Of a DNA stretch of 64,000 nt, positions 45,805-55,185 are shown piece by piece. The notes under the pieces were generated by a model. That model did no database searches. It worked only from the letters and a program-made list of their open reading frames with translations, and was not told the origin of the DNA. Positions within the stretch are counted from its first letter, which is position 1, and each line of letters begins with the position of its first letter. The DNA comes from an uncultured Nitrososphaeria archaeon (GTDB taxonomy: Archaea > Thermoproteota > Nitrososphaeria > JACIWG01). Where the stretch lies: contig CAYUWR010000011.1 in assembly GCA_964448685.1 (NCBI GenBank), forward strand, positions 87,074-151,073, given 5' to 3'. Made by a program: the position numbers and the translations under genes.

Positions 45805-46586
45805 TGGAGACGGTCGTCTCAGCCAACAAGCCAGTCTCAGAAGAAGGCAGAACATACCATGTCAGAGTATCACCTGAAGAGGTAGGAAGATACGTACTGC
45901 TTCCTGGAAACCCCGATCGAGTTAAGCTCATAGCATCCAGACTCGACGACTACAAGGTAATCAGAGAACACCGGGAATTCACTGTCTACAACGGCCACGT
46001 CGAAGGCGAACTTGTCACCGTATGCTCAACTGGCATAGGTGGTCCAGCTGCAGCAATAGTGGTAGAGGAGCTGGCATCATCAGGGGCAAAGGTCTTCATC
46101 AGAGTAGGCAGCTGTGGCGCGATACAGGAACACATAAGGCTAGGTGACACGATCTTGGTCACCTCATCTGTCAGACTTGATGGCACAAGCAAGCAGTACA
46201 TCATGCCAGAATATCCTGCAGTAGCATCATTCAGGGTGATGAAGGCACTTGAACAGGCGGCAAAAAAGACTGGGGGAAGATACCACATCGGCATCGCCGC
46301 CTCCACAGACTCCTTCTACGTCGGCCAATCTAGGCCAGGTTACATGGAATACCTACCTCGCAGCTCAGCAGAACTTATCGACGTCCTGAGAAGAGCAAAT
46401 GTGCTCTGCTTCGAAATGGAGTCGTCAACCCTTTTCACGCTAGCGAACATTTATGGGCTTGAAGCCGGATGCGTCCTGGCGGTATTCGCAAACAGGATCA
46501 AGAACGAGTTCCAAGTCAAAGGTGAAGCGGAAGCAGCTGACATCGCAGTCGAATCGATAAGATACCTCATAAGAGGGAAAATGTGA
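45801..46586 (+). CDS. Nucleoside phosphorylase, PNP/UDP family 1 (uridine phosphorylase-like)
   Basis: It has the motifs CSTGIGGPAAAIVVEEL, IRVGSCGA and FEMESSTLF. Its GTG/ATG start overlaps the COG2403 stop (GTGATG). Confidence 0.75.
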   Translation: MMETVVSANKPVSEEGRTYHVRVSPEEVGRYVLLPGNPDRVKLIASRLDDYKVIREHREFTVYNGHVEGELVTVCSTGIGGPAAAIVVEELASSGAKVFIRVGSCGAIQEHIRLGDTILVTSSVRLDGTSKQYIMPEYPAVASFRVMKALEQAAKKTGGRYHIGIAASTDSFYVGQSRPGYMEYLPRSSAELIDVLRRANVLCFEMESSTLFTLANIYGLEAGCVLAVFANRIKNEFQVKGEAEAADIAVESIRYLIRGKM

Positions 46587-46589
46587 AGT

Positions 46590-47882
46590 CTACTTCACCG
46601 AAATGGATTTGGCGATTTCAAGCAGCCTATGCCCTTCCAAGACCCCTAAACTACCCCCTGAGCACTCCCTTTCCGTATACCTGCAGACATGGTCCTTCTC
46701 AAGCTCATCTGATGAGATGATCAGAGGCACAGGGTCATCACTGTGTCCCCTTAGAATACAAGGAGTAGCATGATCTGATGTAACCAAAAGCACGACATCC
46801 TCGAGACCAAGAGCGCCCTTGAGAACGCCAAAGAACTGTCTGTCGATCTCCTCTATCGACTTTTTCTTCTTCAAGTAGTCGCCATCATGTCCTGGTTCAT
46901 CCGGCCCCTTCAGATGAACATATACCAGCCCATAGTCCTCCAGAAGCCTTAAGGCTTTCCTGGCCTTTAAGGCGAAGTCAGTCGGTGAACCTTCACTGAA
47001 TACGTCAGCTCCAACCGTTCGTGCGATCCCTATCTCAACAGGCATGTCAGCTAATATGGCAGCCCTGAGACCGTACAGTTCCTCGATGGACCGAAACCTT
47101 GGCAGTGAGCTTCCCGCGTCCCTAAGCAAGATCATGTTTCCTGGAAGCTTCCCTTCCCTCCTTCTCTTCAAGTTAAGCTCGTGGCCATCCAACACCCTGA
47201 AAACCTTTCCAGTAAACTCGTTAACAAGCTCAGAGGAGGCCTTGGCTTCATCCGTGTCATCAGCCGGCTCACACCTTGCCACCTTCAAGTCTCCCTTCAT
47301 GGAGACGACAACACCCATTCCATCAACTTTTGCGTAAGCAGGATCCGTGTTCGAGATCCTATCACTCAGATTCACATCACAGGCTCTAAAAAGGACGACA
47401 CATCTATGGCCGACCGTAGACTTGACGACAACACTTCGACCAGGGCCATCAAGCTTCACTTCCCTGTTCACTGCCTCAGATAGGATGCTGGCCTCTTCAG
47501 ACGACAGGCTTCTGCCAACCCTTCTATCAACTATCGTGAAGTCTTCTTTTACCGTCGCAAAGTTTCCTCTCAAAGCCAGGTCGCCGTCCCTGAAACCGAG
47601 TCCGGAACCTAAAGCCTCCACCACCCCTCGCCCCACATACCCTTCTCGAACCTTATATCCGAGGAGGCTGTAGACGGCAACATCAGATTCGGGGGCAATA
47701 CCTTTACCGACACTGTAGACAAGGCCTGCCTTAGACCTGCGAGCAAAGAAGTCGAGGTTCGGCGTCGACGCAGACTCCAAAGTCGTAGTGTAATTTAGTT
47801 CTGGAATCGGTCTATCACCCACACCATCCAATACAACAAAAAGGATCTTCTTCAACCGGCTGTCATCCCGCCTTGTTATCAT
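46590..47882 (-). CDS. apgM: 2,3-bisphosphoglycerate-independent phosphoglycerate mutase, archaeal type
   Basis: It has the N-terminus ILFVVLDGVGDRP and a C-terminal TSDHATP motif. The ORF is 430 aa. Confidence 0.85.
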   Translation of the reverse strand: MITRRDDSRLKKILFVVLDGVGDRPIPELNYTTTLESASTPNLDFFARRSKAGLVYSVGKGIAPESDVAVYSLLGYKVREGYVGRGVVEALGSGLGFRDGDLALRGNFATVKEDFTIVDRRVGRSLSSEEASILSEAVNREVKLDGPGRSVVVKSTVGHRCVVLFRACDVNLSDRISNTDPAYAKVDGMGVVVSMKGDLKVARCEPADDTDEAKASSELVNEFTGKVFRVLDGHELNLKRRREGKLPGNMILLRDAGSSLPRFRSIEELYGLRAAILADMPVEIGIARTVGADVFSEGSPTDFALKARKALRLLEDYGLVYVHLKGPDEPGHDGDYLKKKKSIEEIDRQFFGVLKGALGLEDVVLLVTSDHATPCILRGHSDDPVPLIISSDELEKDHVCRYTERECSGGSLGVLEGHRLLEIAKSISVK

Positions 47883-48008
47883 TTGTAGTTAAATCTTTCT
47901 TACTAACAGAGCTTAAAAGTAGCAGACACTTCCGATGTTGGCGATGGAGAACTGGGACAGTGGAAGACATCGAGGCTTAAATATGTGAAGTTTAGATGCT
48001 TTTACGTC

Positions 48009-48458
48009 ATGAACCGAAGGAGGACAGCAGCTTTTTCTCTGGCAGCAATTGTAACGTTGGCCATATTCTTGACTTGGCAACGGCTTGAATACATAGACTA
48101 CTGTAAGGAGACATCACATGACACCTACATATGGGCGGTCATAGAAGATTCGAGGGGAAAACACTTGGCCATTGAAACCCAAGACGCTAAGACCTGGGAA
48201 GAGCTGAGAAAAGTGCACGAAAACAAGACCAGAGTCTATATTGGAGGCATAATTCAAGAATATGGCAACAAGTGGGGCTTCCGATTCAGACCAGATACCA
48301 TCACTCTGTCACCCTCACCACCCAAGGAAACACAAGCAACCATCGAACAGCTAAGCTGGAACATGAGCTACTGGAGAAGCAAGGGCTTAGTCTACATAGA
48401 CTCCAAAGTCACAGAAATACACATCACTTTGGTGGTTTCGAATTCTACGAAGACATAG
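48009..48458 (+). CDS. Hypothetical N-terminally membrane-anchored protein
   Basis: It starts with the signal-anchor MNRRRTAAFSLAAIVTLAIFL. I recognise no family. Confidence 0.4.
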   Translation: MNRRRTAAFSLAAIVTLAIFLTWQRLEYIDYCKETSHDTYIWAVIEDSRGKHLAIETQDAKTWEELRKVHENKTRVYIGGIIQEYGNKWGFRFRPDTITLSPSPPKETQATIEQLSWNMSYWRSKGLVYIDSKVTEIHITLVVSNSTKT

Positions 48459-48463
48459 AACGT

Positions 48464-49807
48464 CTACTTAGGATAAGATCCATATCCTGTCGGCGTATAC
48501 CTTGGAGGCGTAGTCGGCCTCTGCTGCCCTGCTGGTGGCTGCTGTGAGGGAGCTCCCGTTGTCCTAGACTTTTTCAGACGGTAGTACAGTGTGCCAATCT
48601 TTCCCTCGAAGTCGCTGAGAATCCCATCAAATGTCGCGAACGCCTCAGCTGGCGAACTGTATGGGCTGAAGTACGTGTGGACAGCCTCAGGTGTGCCACC
48701 CTTCGTCGACATATAGTAGAAGTGATCACTCTGCTGTAGGAAACGCCACAGCTTTATTATGCCTGCATCGTTTATCTCCTTCACGAATGGCTCGAGGCGA
48801 TAGAGGCGGTCGAAGGCTATCCTCTGCATCGAATTATCAATCCAAGCTGTACAATCCTTTTCCACGTCAGCCCAAGATATCGTCTTTGCTTCAGGAACAT
48901 TTATCGCCCCCGAAGCAGGAGTGGACGCCAACACCTCGCTTGGAGTCGCCCAATTCAGGTTTCCAATCTTAGCAACCTCCTTCGGAAGGCTCTTCAAGAA
49001 ATCGAATATTCCAGTGTCAGCCCAATGGTGCTCACCGAAGGTTTCAATGTCAACCGAGATCAATATCACGTCCCCTCTCGTCTGCGAAAGCCACGATGTA
49101 TACTTCTGCGCGTCGAGAGGGTACTCGTTCCACGTCTTCAGAGAGAAGCGGAAGGCGATGTCGTCGGAGAGAACATAATGTCTCAGAAGCAGCTTGATGG
49201 ATTCAGCGCCCACAGGCGAGTAGACGTAGGTTGGCGAACGCCATTCAAGAAGCTTTGCGACACCCTCGGTCAAGATTCCTTGAAAGCCAAGAGCTTCAGC
49301 GGCCTTCGCGACCTCATTGTTGTAGATGAACTCCGTGTTCTCTAGCACCTTCACATCGTAGCCGAAGAGCTGCTTGATCAACTCCCTATGCTCCTTAACT
49401 TGGGCAGCGAACTCGTTAAGCCCCAAGCTGGAAAGAGATGCGAGAGAATGGTAGTAGGTGCCACCTAGGAGCTCTACGTTGCCGGTTGCAACAAGAGCCT
49501 TCAGCTTCTCGACAAGTTGAGGCTCATAGAGGGCAGCCTGATATAGGAACATTCCACTCATTCCCAAAGCCAGCTTGAACGGCTTATCAGTCGAAGACGT
49601 ACTCTTGATGAGCTCAGACAGGATATCAAAGGTCGGATTATAGCATTTCTTGGAAACCCGACCAAATATTTCCCTATTGAGTTTGTCATCAAAGTACCTA
49701 TCTATAAGGGACTCTCCAGCCGCTATCCTCTTCACCCTCTCATAGGGAAACATCCGGTTAAGTCTCCTAGGCTGGTGAATTTCGAACGCAAGTACTATGC
49801 TGGTCAT
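48464..49807 (-). CDS. Glycoside hydrolase family 57 protein (alpha-amylase/glucanotransferase type) with P/Q/T-rich C-terminal tail
   Basis: It has the GH57 N-terminus IVLAFEIHQPRRL and the catalytic-region motif DIETFGEHHW. Its tail reads SQQPPAGQQRPTTPPRYTPTGYGSYPK. Confidence 0.8.
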   Translation of the reverse strand: MTSIVLAFEIHQPRRLNRMFPYERVKRIAAGESLIDRYFDDKLNREIFGRVSKKCYNPTFDILSELIKSTSSTDKPFKLALGMSGMFLYQAALYEPQLVEKLKALVATGNVELLGGTYYHSLASLSSLGLNEFAAQVKEHRELIKQLFGYDVKVLENTEFIYNNEVAKAAEALGFQGILTEGVAKLLEWRSPTYVYSPVGAESIKLLLRHYVLSDDIAFRFSLKTWNEYPLDAQKYTSWLSQTRGDVILISVDIETFGEHHWADTGIFDFLKSLPKEVAKIGNLNWATPSEVLASTPASGAINVPEAKTISWADVEKDCTAWIDNSMQRIAFDRLYRLEPFVKEINDAGIIKLWRFLQQSDHFYYMSTKGGTPEAVHTYFSPYSSPAEAFATFDGILSDFEGKIGTLYYRLKKSRTTGAPSQQPPAGQQRPTTPPRYTPTGYGSYPK

Positions 49808-50002
49808 TTCAAAACCAATCGTATACTTCCGCTAATAAAGTTTACTACCACCCTAGAGGCGCTCTAAGAAGCCAATCTCTGAAGAGGTTCGCAGCTCACC
49901 CGACAATATTCACCCTCACATTCTAGCAATATGGCATGTCAGTTGTCGTCACAAGCCTACAAATTCTTATAAAAAGGACAGGACAACCTTAAAGGGACAA
50001 GC

Positions 50003-51250
50003 TTGAAGATTGCAATGTTCTGTTGGGAATTTCCTCCCAGAATCGTGGGCGGACTTGGCTCATACATATCAGAAATAACACCTAAATTTGTCGCAAAAGG
50101 AAATGATGTGACAGTCTTCACTTTCAACGACGGAAAGCTCAAGACACATGAGATGTACAAGGGGGTTGAAGTCCATAGACCAACCATCATCAACATGGCG
50201 GACGTCGTTCCTTCTGTTGTAAGCGAAGACATTGCCAGATGGGGAAGCGGCACAAAGTTCTTTTCCGACGTCATGACCAGCAACATATTAAGTTCAGCGA
50301 AGCTTGTTAACCAACTTGTCAAGCTAGACAACAGAGAATTCGACCTCATCGTTGCCCACGACTGGCTCTCTTTCATCGGAGGGATAATATCCAAGAGGGA
50401 ACTTCAGCTGCCGCTGGCCACACACTTTCACTCCACAGAGAAGGGTAGAAGCTTAGGAAACGGCTCCAAGACGATCACAGAACTTGAGACCATAGGCGGG
50501 AGGAATGCTGACAGAGTCATAACCGTATCCTACGCGATGATAGATGACCTGATGCATATAAACATACCAAAAGAGAAGATCAATGTCGTATACAACGGCG
50601 TTGACCCACACAAGTATGATCCGACCGCCATATCAAGTGACGCGGTCCAATATGTTAGGAGAAAATATGGTATAAAGGAAGATGAACAGATGCTCCTCTT
50701 TGTCGGAAGACTCGTTCCAGTTAAAGGTGTAGACAAACTAGTCTATGCGATGAAATACGTCAACGAAAAGCATCCGAAGGCAAAACTTGTCCTCTTAGGC
50801 ACATCAGATAATGAGCAATACTATTTGAGCCTGATTTCAAACCTAAAGCTAGAAAATGTTGTCATACCAAGATTCGATTTCATAGGAGAGGAAGAGAGAA
50901 TAATGCATTATGCCGCATGTGATATAGCCATCTTTCCAAGCCTATATGAGCCATTTGGGATAGTGGCCTTGGAGGCCATGAGCATGGAGAAGCCGGTTGT
51001 CGTCGGCGCAAGAGGAATTTCAGGCCTAAGGGAAATTGTCCTACCTTCAGGACCAAATCAATGTGGCATACACGTGAACCCCTATGACCCAGCAGACATA
51101 GCTTGGGGGATAAGCGTACTATTGGAAGATATGAACAAGACGAGACAGCTTGGAAAAAATGGCAGAAAGAGGGTGCTAGAGAACTTTACATGGGACAAGA
51201 TAGCAGACGAGACGATAAAGGTCTATCGTGAGTCGGCTAGGCTGGTGTAG
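50003..51250 (+). CDS. GT-B glycosyltransferase, family 4/5 (glycogen-synthase-like)
   Basis: It has the N-terminus KIAMFCWEFPPRIVGGLGSY and the C-terminal motif PSLYEPFGIVALEAM. The start is TTG. Confidence 0.8.
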   Translation: MKIAMFCWEFPPRIVGGLGSYISEITPKFVAKGNDVTVFTFNDGKLKTHEMYKGVEVHRPTIINMADVVPSVVSEDIARWGSGTKFFSDVMTSNILSSAKLVNQLVKLDNREFDLIVAHDWLSFIGGIISKRELQLPLATHFHSTEKGRSLGNGSKTITELETIGGRNADRVITVSYAMIDDLMHINIPKEKINVVYNGVDPHKYDPTAISSDAVQYVRRKYGIKEDEQMLLFVGRLVPVKGVDKLVYAMKYVNEKHPKAKLVLLGTSDNEQYYLSLISNLKLENVVIPRFDFIGEEERIMHYAACDIAIFPSLYEPFGIVALEAMSMEKPVVVGARGISGLREIVLPSGPNQCGIHVNPYDPADIAWGISVLLEDMNKTRQLGKNGRKRVLENFTWDKIADETIKVYRESARLV

Positions 51251-51253
51251 GAC

Positions 51254-52300
51254 ATGGGAGAGATTAGAAAAGACTATTTTGTCGAACGATGGGTAATAAT
51301 CGAACCCAAGAGGGCCAAGAGACCATCCGACTTCAAGATAAAGAAGGAAGAGGAGGGTGAAATATGCTACTTTTGTCCTGGCAATGAGCATCTCACACCC
51401 CCCGCGATATATTCGATAATATACGAGGACAACATGTACATAAAGAGACAGGACAGCGACGAGGAAAGAGTCAAAGGTTGGACGATAAGAGTCTTCCCAA
51501 ACAAGTATCCAATCGTCTCTCTTGACCCGCAGTCAGAGCATACAAACTATCCGACTGAAAGCGAACCCGCATATGGGTACCATTATGTGGTCGTCCCAAC
51601 CCCAAACCACGAAGACAAGTTTTTCACGTTTTCGAAAGAGCAGTGGGCCAGCCTCATTAACGTGTTGAAGGATATGGTGCAGTACCTCTACGGCAACAAG
51701 GTCAAGGGTGTCGGCTATGTTTCCATATTCATCAACAGCGGCAGGGAAGCCGGGGCCTCCATCAAGCACCCTCACGTACAGGTTGCCACAACCCAGAACA
51801 TACCTCCAACGATAGCGAACGAGTTATCTGTCTTTGAAAGGCATCCTTCGCTCGGCAGATGTGCCCACTGCAACATAATCAGATCCGAGACTGGAGGGCC
51901 GAGAAACGTCTACTCTTCAAAGCATTTCATCGCGATCACGCCTTGGGCGTCATCTAATCCATACGAATTTTGGATATATCCCGTTAAGCATGAAACAAAG
52001 TTCTCTGAAATAAGCGCTGACAAGGTTGAAGACCTCGCCCTCATGCTGAAGATAATGATGGGGGCACTCGGTTCAACAGTTGGAGATATCCCATTCAATC
52101 TAGTCTTTCACATTTCGCCAGAGAAGAGGACAACAAAGCAGCTACATTGGCACATCGAAGTATATCCAAGACTGACTTCATATGCGGGGTTAGAGCTTGG
52201 GTCTGGAATATACGTGAATCCAGTTCCACCCGAGCAGGCATGTAGTAGCCTCGGCGTGGCAGCGAGAAAAGAGCATGCTAAACTGTATGGGATCGAATAG
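51254..52300 (+). CDS. Galactose-1-phosphate uridylyltransferase (GalT/HIT branch III) family nucleotidyltransferase
   Basis: It has the zinc site CYFCPGNEHLTPP and the active-site motif HPHVQV. It starts 4 nt after the GT4 stop. Confidence 0.8.
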   Translation: MGEIRKDYFVERWVIIEPKRAKRPSDFKIKKEEEGEICYFCPGNEHLTPPAIYSIIYEDNMYIKRQDSDEERVKGWTIRVFPNKYPIVSLDPQSEHTNYPTESEPAYGYHYVVVPTPNHEDKFFTFSKEQWASLINVLKDMVQYLYGNKVKGVGYVSIFINSGREAGASIKHPHVQVATTQNIPPTIANELSVFERHPSLGRCAHCNIIRSETGGPRNVYSSKHFIAITPWASSNPYEFWIYPVKHETKFSEISADKVEDLALMLKIMMGALGSTVGDIPFNLVFHISPEKRTTKQLHWHIEVYPRLTSYAGLELGSGIYVNPVPPEQACSSLGVAARKEHAKLYGIE

Positions 52301-52303
52301 GCT

Positions 52304-52528
52304 TCAGCTGTAGTCTCTAAGGGAAACCGAGAAACCTAGAGGCGTGAGCCATATTCGTCCCCTCTGCAGATAGATCTTCCCTTCATCTGATAGGGCTAGG
52401 ACTGTTGGGTCAACATCCTGAAGGCTTCGACCAAGAAATTTGGCCAACTCTTGCACTTCAACCCCCCTCTTTCTGTCGAGGGCATTGAGATACCTCAACA
52501 AGAGTAGGATCTCAGATTCGCGTGTCAA
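52304..52528 (-). CDS. Small winged-helix-like protein, 74 aa
   Basis: Its TTG start overlaps the stop of the upstream GT4 gene (TTGA). The sequence VEVQELAKFLGRSLQDVDPTVLALSDEGKIYL resembles a wHTH recognition helix plus wing. Confidence 0.45.
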   Translation of the reverse strand: MTRESEILLLLRYLNALDRKRGVEVQELAKFLGRSLQDVDPTVLALSDEGKIYLQRGRIWLTPLGFSVSLRDYS

Positions 52529-53697
52529 CCGCCTTCACCGATCAAACTCTTGTAGAGGTTTTCAGTCTTCTCCGCGATCGCAGACCATGAGAACTCTCTT
52601 TCAGCAGTTTCTCTACCTTTCTCTCTTAGCCGCTCAGCCAGTCTAGTGTCCGACAGGACTCTGTCCACCCCCCAAGAGATGGAGGATGGGTCTTGAGGGT
52701 AAACCTTGACGCCGTTCTCCTCATGCCTTATGATCTCTGAGAGGCCATCGACGTCACTGGCCACCACAGGCACACCAGCAGCCATACCCTCCAATGCGAC
52801 GATTCCGAATGGTTCATAGATCGAGGGCACGACAAGGACATCGGCACTCTTGATGAGCCTTATCATTTCCTCGTCAGCGAGAAAGCCTGTGAAGACTACG
52901 CGGTTTGATACACCCAAACGGTAGGCTTCAGACTCGAGAAAGCTTCGAGAAGGCCCATCCCCAACAACGACCAGCTTAACGTTGTGCTTCTCAAGTATCT
53001 TCGGAAGTGCTCTTATAAGGTATTCGCATCCCTTCTGTGATGTCAGCCGTCCAACGAACAGTATCATCAGCTCCTTCCAGTAGACTCCATATTTCTCTCT
53101 GGTCCTAGAGATGTCCACTTTCACGCTTAGCCTTCCCAGATCTATACCGTTAGGTATGATAGCTATCTTGTTGGTGTCAACATTCAGCCTGCGCCGGACG
53201 TCGTCAGCCATGGATCTGCTACAGACGATTATCTTGGACGAATCATATGAACCCCACCATTCAAGGCTTTCAATCATCCTAGATTCTAATGTCTGCGAAC
53301 CCTGACTTCTCCTAAATTCTAGACTGTGAAAAGTCAGCATAAACTGGGAGGAGGTGTAATGTTTAGCCTCACAGGCAGATGGCACAACCATCCAATCGTG
53401 CCCATGAACGACATCGAAAGGGCCTTGTTCCTTAATGAGCCGCGCAATCTTCTTGCTGAAAAAGTGGTTCATCAAAAAGATCCAGTTGTAGAAGTTTGGA
53501 GCAGGCGTCTGTATCTGAACACGCACGACGTTCACCCCCTCTTTTACTTCGGCAAGTGGACTTCCACTGGCTTCAGGAGTCACCACCGTCACCTCCACCC
53601 CCCTCTTTGACAGGAACCTGGACAGTTCATCAACATGCCTGGCGATGCCACCGATAATGTTAGGCGGATATTCCCATGACAACATCAGCACACGCAT
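52525..53697 (-). CDS. GT-B glycosyltransferase, family 4
   Basis: I moved the start to ATG 53697, giving MRVLMLSWEYPPNIIGGIARHV. The C-terminal motif is PSIYEPFGIVALEGM. Confidence 0.8.
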   Translation of the reverse strand: MRVLMLSWEYPPNIIGGIARHVDELSRFLSKRGVEVTVVTPEASGSPLAEVKEGVNVVRVQIQTPAPNFYNWIFLMNHFFSKKIARLIKEQGPFDVVHGHDWMVVPSACEAKHYTSSQFMLTFHSLEFRRSQGSQTLESRMIESLEWWGSYDSSKIIVCSRSMADDVRRRLNVDTNKIAIIPNGIDLGRLSVKVDISRTREKYGVYWKELMILFVGRLTSQKGCEYLIRALPKILEKHNVKLVVVGDGPSRSFLESEAYRLGVSNRVVFTGFLADEEMIRLIKSADVLVVPSIYEPFGIVALEGMAAGVPVVASDVDGLSEIIRHEENGVKVYPQDPSSISWGVDRVLSDTRLAERLREKGRETAEREFSWSAIAEKTENLYKSLIGEGG

Positions 53698-53977
53698 CAG
53701 TCTCACCGGCTGCCGACTGCAGAGACCTTCCCCTGACACTCCATCAACGCCAAAGAGACACCGACGTCCGTCAACAGACCGTCTCGGTGAAGGTGGCCCC
53801 CAAACAAGACCCAATCGCTCAACCCACATATCAGATACATGTCGATTGCATCCTCATCTGACATCAAGAAGCTCCCGGTCGAGCTTTCACCGCATCCTAT
53901 TATCACTGAGTCTATCTGCTCCACGACCAAGTTATGAGCTTACCCAATAAAAGAATTTACAAGATGATAGTAAGCCA

Positions 53978-55051
53978 TCAAAGTGAAAGCTTGCTAACAT
54001 AGTTCAGTTCTCTTCCAAGCCTCTCCTTAAGGTAATCTATGTTTTCAGTCTTGGCTGGCTCCTGCCTATTCTTTATTGCAAGATAGACGGTGGCAACATC
54101 CAAGAAGTAGAAGTAGGAGATGATAAAGTCCAGTAGACTGCTGCCTTCAGGCATGAGCTCCATCACCTTATGTTGAGACTTCAAGAAGATCTCTTTCACT
54201 ATGTCGAATCTCTTCGAGATCTCCAGCGGATCAGACTTCGTCCGCATCAGAATGATCCTAAGCCGAGGATTGCCTATAATGTATGAGACGATCTCGTTAT
54301 GGCAGAGTTCTGGAAGCACATCTGACATCGCATGCCACTTGCCGTTTTCACTTATCATCCTTCTGAAGCGTTCAACAGCGCATCGTATACGCTCGCTACC
54401 ATACACCTTTGGAATCTCTTGGTATATGAATGATGCGACCTGCTTAGAGATGTTCTCCTTCAACGGAACTTCAGGAAATATCCTTCGAGAATAGAAATCT
54501 AGCATCTTCGCTGACGACTTCGCCTCTTCAAACCTTCTACTGCAAACTATATCCATCTTCCTGAGCACCTCTACAAGCGTATAGAAGAGAAGTGGAAAAG
54601 CAGCTCTGGGGGCAAGCCCTGAAGAAACCTTGTTGTGTGGGACACCCCTCTTCCTAGAGGAGACTTCAATAGTTCCTCCAGAAGATATTGTGACAAGCGG
54701 CATCCCCCTCTTCAACGCTTCACTGTAGCAGCTGAGCGTTTCTTCCGTGTTACCAGAATAGGTTACGGCTATCACAAGATCTCTTCCGCCAGCCCATTTC
54801 GGCAGATGATAGTCCTTTACCACGACCACGTCTACGTCATCGAGCCACTCCCTGACGACGTCACAAGAAGCCGCTGACCCACCCATCCCACATAACACAA
54901 CATGGTTGATGTCAGAAAAATCGACCGCCGACGCCTCTCTTTCAAGCGCTTCCTGTGCTAGGGCAGGCCATCTGCGGTAGTCCCCCAAGATATTTGAGCG
55001 ATCATACTTCCTTATCTCATGCTCAGAAACTATCTCCGCAGCCTCATCCAT
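53978..55051 (-). CDS. Bifunctional phosphoglucose/phosphomannose isomerase (SIS domains, crenarchaeal type)
   Basis: It has the motifs CGMGGSAASCDV and VTYSGNTEETL. The start is uncertain: ATG 55051 gives a family-typical length, while the ORF track starts at 55162. Confidence 0.72.
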   Translation of the reverse strand: MDEAAEIVSEHEIRKYDRSNILGDYRRWPALAQEALEREASAVDFSDINHVVLCGMGGSAASCDVVREWLDDVDVVVVKDYHLPKWAGGRDLVIAVTYSGNTEETLSCYSEALKRGMPLVTISSGGTIEVSSRKRGVPHNKVSSGLAPRAAFPLLFYTLVEVLRKMDIVCSRRFEEAKSSAKMLDFYSRRIFPEVPLKENISKQVASFIYQEIPKVYGSERIRCAVERFRRMISENGKWHAMSDVLPELCHNEIVSYIIGNPRLRIILMRTKSDPLEISKRFDIVKEIFLKSQHKVMELMPEGSSLLDFIISYFYFLDVATVYLAIKNRQEPAKTENIDYLKERLGRELNYVSKLSL

Positions 55052-55185
55052 GTTGTGTGATACCAACGTCGCATATAAAAGATTTAGGCCAACGAATCCT
55101 CGGACTTCTTGGTCGGGTGAAGCCCTAAAATCTGCCCATCCAACGCCCACTTTAGCCTGCATTTGAGCATCTACGGTGTCGACGT

